Below are positions 1-10,248 of a stretch of 64,000 bases of DNA, one piece after another. Made by a program: the position numbers and the translations under genes. The notes below the pieces were generated by a model that did not search any database, had not been told where the DNA came from, and was given only the letters and a program-made list of their open reading frames with translations. The stretch lies in the NCBI GenBank assembly GCA_964016885.1, contig OZ024740.1:340442001-340506000 (forward strand). Direction: 5' to 3'. Origin of the DNA: Eledone cirrhosa. Lineage: Eukaryota. Numbering within the stretch: position 1 is the first letter of the stretch; every line of letters begins with the position of its first letter.

Positions 1-2744
1 CAGGTTTCACTGCCATGTAACATTGCTGTTCGTATGCAGGCATCATACAGCCTGCCTTTCATTTTTAGAGAGAACCCTTTAGCGGCCAATAGTGGTATAA
101 ACTCTCTGAACTTTTTCCATCCCGTTCTGACTCTAGCTACTGTACTTTCAGAGCACCCTCCACCACTGCTGATTTTGTCACCCAGGTAACGGAAGGTGTC
201 CACTATTTCTATAGAACCATCTGTGCAATGGAATGAGCTAGTATTCTGTGGGCACTTGCTGCTACTTATTGCACCAGAGCACCGGCCATATATAAAATCT
301 ATATTCTTAGTTAGCTTACCAGTGATCCCACTACATCTTTTATGCACCCATACTTTGCATTTGGGACATAAAATGGAGTTTCTGCCTACTCCTTTCCTAC
401 ACACTGAGCATGGCCATTTCCCAGATGGTACTGGTGCCTTATTTTCCTTCCTACAAACTAGAACTTTAGTCTTAAGGCTTTTTGATTCTAGGCCATGCTT
501 CCATGTTTGGAATTTCTTCTCTAGTTCGGCCATTGATTCAGCTATGAGAGTTAGATCATCTGCGTATAGGAGTTCCCATGGGCAGCCGGTCTTGAACTCC
601 TCTGTTATAGCCTGAAGGGCAATAATAAATAGAAGGGGGCTAAGGACGGAGCCCTGAAGAACACCAACTTTTATGCTAAACTGCTGACTGTTTCTTTATA
701 CATGGCTTGTATAGCTCTCACAAGCCATTCATCAACACCTAGTTTTCTAAGAGCCCACCAGATAATGGAGCGGAGGACTCTGTCAACAAAAGCTAAGTAT
801 AGGGGTTTACTTTTAGCTAGGTACTTCTCCTGTAGTTGTCGTACAATGAAAAGAGCGTCTGTGGTACTTTTACCTGACACAAACCCGAACTGCATTTCAT
901 CTAGATCAATTCGCTCTCTGATTAGTTGCGCTATTACTTTTTCTGTGACCTTCATGACCTGGTCGATTAATTTAATGCCTCTATAGTTACCCCTATCTAG
1001 GGCATCTCCTTTACCCTTGTAGCAGTTAATGATGATGCTGCTACGCCAGTCCTTCGGAACAACCCCATTCTGTATGACTTGGTTTACTATCCGGGTGACC
1101 ATAGAGTGTCCCACCGTTCCAGATGCTTTCAGCATTTCAGCAACTATTTCCGAAGGCCCAGCCGCCTAACCCGTCTTCATATCTTCGATTGCCTTACTTA
1201 TTATACTACCTTCAACTAGCACTGCTGGTCCCTCTATCGGATCGATGTGGGAGAGACTGTCTTTCTCCCAATTATTCTCTTCATTTAGTAGCCTTTCGTA
1301 GTGATACTTCCAAGCTACCTTCTTATCAGCGTCAGTGATGGCAAGTACACCATCATCATTAAGGACACACTTCTCCCCGACAATATCACGGTTTTCCTTG
1401 ACATATTGCCTAGCAATCCTGAACACCTCACGTTTTTGGTCCTCACGTTGTAGAACATGCTTGAACTTTCTTTCCTCTGCTTCCCTTCTTGCGAAGTACA
1501 CTTGTCTCCTAGCTTCCCTCCTGGCCACTTGATAGTCTTCTCTACTTCCCCCATCCCGCCATACTTTCCAAGCCTGCTTTTTGGCCTTAATTAACTCCTC
1601 CACCTTACTGTTCCACCACCACGTTACTCTCCTCCTGCCTATAGGCCTGCTCCAGCCACAGACATCATTTGCCGCCTTCAGCAGGTTAGCTTTCAGGAAT
1701 TCCCACTGTTCCTCTATATTGTACGATTCTAATTGCTCTTCCTTACTGTCAAAAGCAACAAGTAATATGCTTTTAAATTTATTACTGGATGTGGGGTCCT
1801 TTCGCTTCCATATTTTTCTCCTGAGGATAGTCCTCCTCTGTTGTCGGGTACGTCCTGTCCTGACTATGAGGTCGCTGACTATGAGTCTATGTTGGGAGGT
1901 GCATACTTCATGGGGGAGGGATTTAGTGTTTACAACAGACACTCTGTCACGTCTTCTGTTAAGGATATAATCTATCTGACTGGCGTGTTCCCCTGATCTA
2001 TAGGTGATCAAGTGATTGCCTCGTTTTTTGAAGTTAGTGTTACAGACAGTTAGGTTATTTGCGTCACAGAATTCCACGATTCTGGAGCCTTCCTCATTTC
2101 TAGTACCAAACCCATAACCTCCATAGATTCCGTCATAGCCATCACAATGTTGTCCAACGTGACCATTTATGTCGCCAGCAATAATTATGTAGTCACTGTC
2201 AGTTATTTGGGAGGTAGTGAGCATCAACGTCTCATAGAACCTGTCTTTTATAACGCCAGGCAGTCCGGATTGGGGTGCGTACGCAGATATTACTGTCACA
2301 GTAGTTCTAGTTAGGACAAGTCTTATTTTAATTATTCTGTCGTTCACTCTATTTATGTCTATTATCTTATCTACCCATTTTTCTGCTAACATGATTCCTA
2401 CCCCACCCAGCCCATTGTCATTTCTCCCCCAGAAAAGCTTATAGCATCGTTTTTTACCCACAATGAATCTAGCAGACCCACCCCTCCACCTGGTCTCTTG
2501 GATACAGCAAACATCAACCTCCTTACATTCAAGCATTTCTACAACCTCGTTAGAGCGACCTTTTAAGGTGCCTACATTCATGGTACCAACTCTGAAGTTT
2601 TGGATTGCGTTTGGTGGGTGGGAACGGTGGGGCGCGGGGAGGGGTAAGGGGGTTGGGGTTATGTTGGCCATCCACGGCCGAAATAAAGAGGAGTCCTTGC
2701 CTTTTCGTCCGGCAGCATGAGGTGAATTTGTCTTTATCTGTATA
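1..2744 (-). mobile_element. RTE-clade LINE, 5' part (APE endonuclease + RT + PHD), disrupted, runs off the window's left edge
   Basis: ORF 1166..2767 has APE motifs (GTMNVGT, IQETRW, SAYAPQ, GDINGHVG, QIDYIL, SQHRL). RT pieces at 671..1135 and below, with a premature stop at about 1166 and small deletions. The 5' end abuts (TA)n. Confidence 0.93.
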
Positions 2745-2748
2745 TATG

Positions 2749-2808
<60 letters not shown>
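2740..2808. repeat. (TA)n microsatellite
   Basis: Direct reading. Confidence 0.95.
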
Positions 2809-2809
<1 letters not shown>

Positions 2810-3092
2810 TTAGGTTAATAGGAGTTAGGTATTGTATACCCGTGTCCCATTAAGGTATTGGCAGCTAGTAAACAAGGACCCAAACCCCACCCTCCCGCAC
2901 CAAAATTAGACTTATCGTCCCCTGCTTTTGCTCTTTACTCTCTTTACTCTTTGTTCTTGAATGTTTGGTTGGTAGAGTCCATAACACCAATCAAACCCCT
3001 TTTATAGCTCTGACGAATCTTACAGTTACGTAAGGAAGAAACATTGTAAGCCAATAAAAATCTTTTGATGTTGTAGACGCTCTTGTGTTCTT

Positions 3093-3095
<3 letters not shown>
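2809..3095 (+). mobile_element. Putative Penelope-like (PLE) terminal-repeat fragment with hammerhead-like motif
   Basis: Short insert between two (TA)n tracts, containing CTGACGA...GAAAC-ATT-GTA followed by AATAAA. Confidence 0.5.
3001..3058 (+). ncRNA. Minimal type I hammerhead-ribozyme-like motif, possibly degenerate
   Basis: Stem I GCT/AGC plus TTTAT/ATAAA; core CTGACGA 3010-3016; stem II TCTTAC/GTAAGG; GAAA 3038-3041; 1-bp stem III; GTA site. The base of stem II is mismatched. Confidence 0.5.
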
Positions 3096-3165
<70 letters not shown>

Positions 3166-3170
3166 TATAT
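3096..3170. repeat. (TA)n microsatellite
   Basis: Direct reading. Confidence 0.95.
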
Positions 3171-4432
3171 CATCATCATCATCGTTTAACGTCCGTGTTC
3201 CATGCTTGCATGGGTTTGGACGGGAGTTTTCCCACTTGAGGCAAGAGTGGTTGTCTTGCTCGCATAGGTCTGTCTGGCGGGTTTTCTACAGTTGGATGCC
3301 TTTCCTAACACCAACCACATTTACAGTGTGGGGCTGGGAGGTTTTTACCGTGTTGCCTACATGGCCACATTACAGCGTGGACTGTCTGGCAGGTTTTCTA
3401 CAGCTGGATGCCCTTCCTAACACCAACCACATTTACAGTGTGGGACTGGGACGTTTTTACCGTGTTGCCTACACGGTCACATTACAGCGTGGACTGTGTG
3501 TTTTTTTTTTCGTGACACCTACACGATCTCATTTGTTTCGGCCTGGATTTTGTGGCACCAACATAACTTTACATTGAAAGGGGCGGTGTGGTTGGGGTGG
3601 GGGTGGTGGGACGGGGGTGTATTTTGTTAGAGATGCCTACTGACTGTAGTAGGTTTTACTTTGTATTTAGGTAACGCGGGTCTTCTCTGTTACTGAGTAC
3701 CGCCAAAGGTCTCGGTCCAGTGACATTGTCTTGGAGAGGTGTAAGTGTGTGAGGTCGGAATTTATCAGCTCGTCCCAGGTTTTTCTGGGTCTGCCTACTC
3801 CGTGGCTACCATCTATCTTTATTGCCCTGCACTTTGTTATACAGCTGTCGTCTTTCATGCGCATCACATGACCATACCAACGTAGCCTTCTCTCGAGTAA
3901 ACAACATCTGATCCCTCTTATTTCTAATTTTTTCCTTAGTTCGTTTATGCTTTGCCGTTCGCGTATATTATTATTACACATCCAGCGGAGCATGCAAGCT
4001 TCGTTCCTCTCTAGTCTGCGTATATCCTCTGCACACAATGCCCAGGTCTCACTGCCATGCAACATTGCTGTTCGTATGCAGGCATCATACAACCTGCCTT
4101 TCACTTTTAGGGAGAACCCTTTAGCGGCTAATAGTGGTATAAGCTCTCTGAACTTTTTCCATCCAGTTCTGACTCTAGCTACTGTACTTTCGGAGCACCC
4201 TCCCCCACTGCTGATTTTGTCACCCAGGTAACGGAAGCTGTCCACTATTTCTATAGAACCCTCTGCGCAGTTGAAAGAGCTAGTATTCTGTGGGCACTTG
4301 CTGCTACTTATTGCACCAGAGCACCGGCCACATGTAAAATCTGTGTTCTTAGTTAGCTTACCTGTGATCCCACTACATCTTTTATGCACCCATACTTTGC
4401 ATTTGGGACATAAAATGGAGTTTCTACCTACT
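3171..4432 (-). mobile_element. 5'-truncated RTE LINE (end of RT, C-terminus, 3' UTR, (GAT)n tail)
   Basis: ORF 3667..4674 has [15 protein letters not shown] and GRPRKTW; (CAT)n on + at 3171-3183; (TA)n on both sides. Confidence 0.93.
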
Positions 4433-4610
4433 ATATATATATATATATATAGTTCAAGGAAACAAAAAAGAGAAGTACAAAAAGTCTTAGTTTCACGCTT
4501 TATATGGAAAAGGGGAAAAAGTTTCACGTGTCCGGCTTTAGCTCTTCTTCGGGGGTACAAAAATAGAGACAGGATCACACAGGATAGATTATTATTATAT
4601 ATATATATAT

Positions 4611-4642
<32 letters not shown>
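4433..4642. repeat. (TA)n tracts (4433-4450, 4597-4642) flanking a 146-bp insert
   Basis: Direct reading; the insert may be a decayed PLE-type terminal repeat on the minus strand. Confidence 0.75.
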
Positions 4643-4645
<3 letters not shown>

Positions 4646-4648
4646 ACA

Positions 4649-6422
4649 AGGTCACGGAAAAAGTAGTAGCGCAACTAATCAGAGAGAGAATTGATCTAGA
4701 TGAAATGCAGTTCAGGTTTGTGTCAGGCAAAAGTACCACAGACGCTCTTTTCATTGTACGACAACTACAGGAGAAGTACCTAGCCAAAAGTAAACCCCTA
4801 TACTTAGCTTTTGTTGACTTGAAAAAGCCTTTGACAGAGTCCCCCGTTCCATTATCTGGTGGGCTCTTAGAAAACTAGGTGTTGACGAATGGCTTGTGAG
4901 AGCTATACAAGCCATGTATAAAGAAACAGTCAGTAAGGTTAGAATTAACAACGAATATAGTGAAGAGTTTAGCATAAAAGTTGGTGTCCATCAGGGCTCT
5001 GTCCTTAGCCCCCTACTATTTATTATTGCCCTTCAGGCTATAACAGAGGAGTTCAAGACCGGCTGCCCATGGGAACTCCTATACGCAGATGATCTAACAC
5101 TCATAGCTGAATCAATGACCGAACTAGAGAAGAAATTCCAAACATGGAAGCACGGCCTAGAATCAAAAGGCCTTAAAATTAACCTGGCTAAGACTAAAGT
5201 TCTAGTTTGTAGGAAAGAAAATAAGGCGGCGGTCCCTTCTGGGAAATGGCCATGCTCAGTCTGTAGGAAAGGCGTACGTAGAAACTCCATTTTATGTCCC
5301 CAATGCAAAGTATGGGTGCATAAAAGATGTAGAGGGATCACAGGTAAGCTAACTAAGAACATAGATTTTACATGTGGCCGGTGCTCTGGTGCAATAAGTA
5401 GCAGCAAGTGCCCACTAAATACTAGCTCTTTCAATTGCGCAGAGGGTTCTATAGAAATAGTGGACAGCTTCCGTTACCTGGGTGACAAAATCAGCAGTGG
5501 GGGAGGGTGCTCTGAAAGTACAGTAGCTAGAGTCAGAACTGGATAGAAAAAGTTCAGAGAGCTTATACCATTATTAGCCGCTAGAGGGTTCTCCCTAAAA
5601 ATGAAAGGCAGGTTATACGATGCCTGCATACGAACAGCAATGCTGCATGGCAGTGAGACCTGGGCATTATGTGCAGAGGATATACGCAGACTAGAGAGGA
5701 ACGAAGCTTGCATGCTCCGCTGGATGTGCAATAGTAATATACGTGAACGGCTAAGCATAAACGAACTAAGGAAAAAATTAGAAATAAGAGGGATCAGATG
5801 TTGTTTACTCGAGAGAAGGCTACGTTGGTACGGTCACGTGATGCGCATGAAAGACGACAGCTGTATAACAAAGTACAGGGCAATAAAGATAGACGGTAGC
5901 CACGGAGTAGGCAGACCCAGAAAAACCTGGGACGAGCTGATAAATTCCGACCTCACACGCTTACACCTCTCCAAGACAATGTCACTGGACCGAGACCTTT
6001 GGCGGTACTCAGTAATAGAGAAGACCCGCCTTGCCTAAATACAAAGTAAAAACCTACTACAGTCAGTAGGCATCACCCCCCCGTCCCACCACCTCCACCC
6101 CATCCACACCGCCCCTTCCAATGTAAAGTTATGTTGGTCCCACAACATCCAGGCCGAAACAAATGAGATCGTGTAGGTGTCACCACAAAAAAAACACACA
6201 GTCCACGCTGTAAATGTGGCCGTGTAGGCAACACGGTAAAAACCTCCCAGACCCACACTGTAAATGTGGTTGGTGTTAGGAAGGGCATCCAGCTGTAGAA
6301 AACCCACCAGACAGTCCTATGCGAGCAAGACAACCACTCTTGCCTCAAGTGGGAAAACCCCCGTCCAAATCCATGCAAGCGTGGAACACGGACGCTAAAC
6401 CTGATGATGATGATGATGATGA
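4649..6422 (+). mobile_element. 5'-truncated RTE LINE (RT with PHD, C-terminus, 3' UTR, (GAT)n tail)
   Basis: ORFs 4896..5546 ([17 protein letters not shown]) and 5601..6038; frameshift near 4815, stop at 5544; tail at 6403-6422. Confidence 0.93.
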
Positions 6423-6497
6423 AAGGAATTGTGGTAAGGAACCAGATGGACCATAACGCACCAGAGTACTCAATACTTAGGGTAGTAGAGTGGGAAA

Positions 6498-6607
6498 TAG
6501 GAAAAAGTATGACCCCGACGGCAGAGCTCAAGCCATTTCGACGGCTATTTCCAGAAATAGCCGTCGAAACGGCTTGAGCTCTGCCGTCGGGGCCATACTT
6601 TTTCCTA
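6498..6607. repeat. 110-bp near-perfect palindrome (54-bp arms, 2 mismatches)
   Basis: TAGGAAAAAGTATG...GCTATTTC-CA-GAAATAGC...CATACTTTTTCCTA. Confidence 0.95.
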
Positions 6608-6619
6608 CATATATAAACA

Positions 6620-7190
6620 TCATTATTACCATTGCTGTTTTACCTCCATTCTTTCCATATACTTGTATGGATTGACCAGGTCTTTTCCAGTACAGCATCA
6701 ACTTGACTGTGAGCTTCAGTGATTTAAGATCAGCTCTCACAATCATGGCTCAGGTTTTCCTTGGACCCCGCCCCCCTTATTGTAGCTCTCTTCCAATGGT
6801 ATTCCTTGGAACTTCTTCATCCAATCCAACTATCATCATCCATATGCATAACATGTCCATACCAGTGTAGTTTTTTTCCTTCCACCACCAGGTCACCTTG
6901 TGTCTAGCTCTGACTGGTGCTTTGCTCCAGCCATGTCTCATCAGTGCCCAGCAGTAAGTTGTCTTGTAGAAACTTCCAATTGTCCATCCAATTGTCCACA
7001 ATGTTCTATATATCTAACTCCTCCTCCCTCTTGTCATATGCATCACGTTGGGCTTTTCTAAACTTAACAGATAGGTCCGTTAGCTTCCATACTCTTCTCC
7101 ATATTTTCCTGCCTGTCTTGTGATTATTCACTTACATTGTGTGGGGCCTTCTTCTCCTGATGGACTTAGCATTCATAATCATCTGCTTGT
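6620..7190 (-). mobile_element. Old, fragmented RTE LINE remnant
   Basis: RHKVTWWW and ADLKSLKL fragments in the ORF track. Confidence 0.6.
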
Positions 7191-7231
7191 GAAGTTAACA
7201 AATAAAAAGAAGTCAATCTAACTTGTGTGTA

Positions 7232-8170
7232 ATCTGACCTAACCTGATCCAATCTGGTGTGATCTGTTTGGATCTGATCTGGTCCAATCAAATCCTTCTC
7301 TCTTCATCTATCAGGTTAGGTTGGAGCATTTCTTACTGGATTGGACAAATATTAATCTGATCCAATCCAGTTTGATCTGACCTGCTCCAATCCAATCTAA
7401 TCCAACACATATTGATCCGATCAGATATGTCCTGGTTTGATCTGATCTGATCCGGTTTGACCTGATCTGGTCCAATCCAATCTCATTTGTTTTGATCTGA
7501 CCCAACCCAATTTGAACTGACTCATTTTGATCCAATCCAGATCATTTTGATCTGGCCCAATCTGATCCGCAGCACTCCAATTCAGTTATATCCAATCTGG
7601 TCATGTCTGATATGATCCAATCTGTTCTGGTCCAATCCCAAATTTGATCCAGTGTGGTCTGATCCAATCCAGTGTGATTCAACCCAGTTTAATCTGATCT
7701 GGCTTGACTGGATCCAGTTTGATCAGATCTGATATGGCCTGGTTCAGTCCAATCTTATTTGTTCTGTTCTGACCCGACCCATTTTGACCTGGTTTGAGCT
7801 GATCTGATCCAATCTGGTCTGGAGCAATCTGATCTTGTCTGATCCAATCCAGTGTGATCTGGTGCAATTTGACCCAGTCTGATCCGATCTAGTCCAATGC
7901 AATCTGATCAGGCCTGATCCCAATTTGATCTGATCCAGTCCACAGTCCAATTCAGTCTGATTTGTTCTGATCTGACCCAATCCAATCTGTTTTGAGCTGA
8001 TCTGATCTGGCCCAGAGGAATCCGATCTGGTCCAGTCTCCCCTAATCTAGTCTGGAGTAATCTGATCTGTTCTGATCCCAATCTGGTGTGAACTGGTTTG
8101 GTTCGATTCAATTCAGTCTAATCCAATCCAGTTTGACCTGATCCAGTCCAATCAAATCAGTTTTGTTCAG
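7232..8170. repeat. Degenerate pentamer satellite (ATCTG/ATCCA)n
   Basis: About 940 bp of 5-bp periodic gatct/aatcc variants. Confidence 0.88.
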
Positions 8171-9946
8171 ACCTATTCTGACAAACAGCATGTCTTGGGC
8201 ATACTGTTTGTCAGAACAGCACCTCTCCCAACTGCATCCTTTCCTTTGTTGACCAGATTATACAGAAATATAACAAAGGTGGAGAGTTTATTGAATTGAC
8301 CTTGCTATATGACTTGTATTTAAGTAGCAATCAGTCATTATAAGGCATAGGATAAGATGTCTTTTATTGGTAGTATAAAGTTTGTTTGTATGCCATGGGA
8401 GAAAAAATTCCTATTTTTCAGAGAGAGAAAAGTTATTTTGTGCTTCATCTATCAAAGTGTGATAGCAGTAAGAGTCTGTGTGAATGTGTAGGCTGAAACA
8501 TAAGGAAGAGAATTTATGGGAGAGTGAGGCTGGAAGTGGAACATGAATTAGAAGAAAGGGAAGGATATTTTAGTTAGCATAGACAGGAGGGGATCAGTAA
8601 GAGGTCAGTGGCTCATAAACAGATTCAGCCAATAATGATATAAAATACACACACATATATAACCATATATACATACACATGCAAATATAGACATAGTGTG
8701 TGTGTGTATATATGCTTGGTTACATATCCACACAACCATGCATCTCTTTGATGGTACTCATACATATAGCCATAGGTGCATATGTCCATCTACACATAGA
8801 AACGAAATACATAAAATTTTGCATCCAACTATACACATTTGTATATATGCAGAAGTATATCAACAATACACATCATGCAATGCTGCATGGTGGTGAAGCA
8901 TGAAATAGAGAAGTATAGAAAGAAATGAATGAAGCATGCTCTGCTGGAAGTGTAACAAATCACAAATGAGTTGAAAGAAAAACTAAGGAATCATGTATGG
9001 TATGCAGAAGAGAAGATTGTGTTATTATAACCATGTAATTCATAAGGGTTATGATTGTTGAGTGAAGAAGTGTCAGGATTTCCATGTAGAAGGAAGCTGT
9101 AGAAGAGGAAGACAAAGAAAGACTAGGATAGAAGTGGGGAAAGATGATCTTGGATAATGTATAGCATTTGTTTGTTGGTCGTGGTGATTAGTTGATTGAA
9201 TTGTGGTGTTGATTTTTTTGTTACATGTGCTCACTTGTAGCTTGCTGTGTGGTGTGGTCACTGTTGTGTGATACAGTGTGACCAGAGGTTGCATGTGTGC
9301 ACGTAAGTGAGTAAGTGTTCATTAAGATTATGATGAAATGATAGTTCCTTGATCACACAGAACATGAATATTTATAAATGAACCACGATAACACCAAACT
9401 GCTATATTATTAATTTATTGATTATAACTCACGCTGAAGCTATACGAAAAATACACAAGAATTATGTACATCATATGTTTGTTTGTAAAAGTCATATTTA
9501 CCAAGAAAACTTCATGAATTTCACTGGCTTCGTTAACAGAGAGGCCAAGAGATAGAGATTGAGTGAAAGAGAGAGAATAAGAGTCACTCAGGCTCAAAGG
9601 GTCTGTGGAAAGCAATAGTTTACATGTTTACTCTATCAAGAATTGCCTCGAACTGCTGCCGGCTTGATCTAAGACAAGCTATTTATCTTTGTCCCCAAGC
9701 CTTGAGAATAAAGGGGTGACCACTAGAGGTCATCCACTCTCAGACTTGCTGACCCTGAAAGGAGATAACCCCCAAAATGACTGTTAAATGTCCCCCAGGG
9801 ATCAAGGTGTGGACAGATTTCACTACAAGTGTACATCAAAAAAGAAATGACAAAGAAACCAGAGAAAAAATGCAGCAAAGAGGACTTGTCTAACCTATGT
9901 AAGCATAAAACTAATGATGATGGCACTTCAGCATATAAATATAAGA

Positions 9947-10214
9947 TGTTGTATTCCTCTCGGTACTCGCAGAGAAAACACGAGTTATATCAAATAATTT
10001 GTGCATTGTACGAAACAACCAAAACGCCCCTCCTCACAGTAGCAGAATAACATAAAGTAAGTAAGTGAGTCTGTGACCGAGTTTTTAATACCAACGCTGA
10101 CTGACTGCCCAGGTCACGTGATTCATATGCAAATGTGTGAGCACGTGTAAATTGAATAAAACGAATTTAACAGTCCATACGAGGTTGTGAGTTCGATTCC
10201 CAGTCCATACAACA
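9947..10214 (-). repeat. 3' LTR (268 bp)
   Basis: Differs from 12988..13261 by 4 substitutions and a 6-bp indel; preceded on the minus strand by the PPT GGTGGGGAGG (10215-10224). Confidence 0.95.
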
Positions 10215-10248
10215 CCTCCCCACCGAAATTGATGCGACAAAAGAAGCA

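Noticed and set aside
196-5758. Recurrent ORFs such as MKELVFCGHLLLLIAPEHRP and [15 protein letters not shown], also at 36305-37420 and 61657-62484
   Set aside because: They are antisense shadows of the RTE ORF, recurring only because the element is repeated.
7311-8111. QIRSD/LDWI-rich ORFs on the minus strand
   Set aside because: These are translations of the pentamer satellite.
8300-9300. Possible Penelope GIY-YIG remnant on the minus strand
   Set aside because: There are only faint motif hints, too decayed to support a call.
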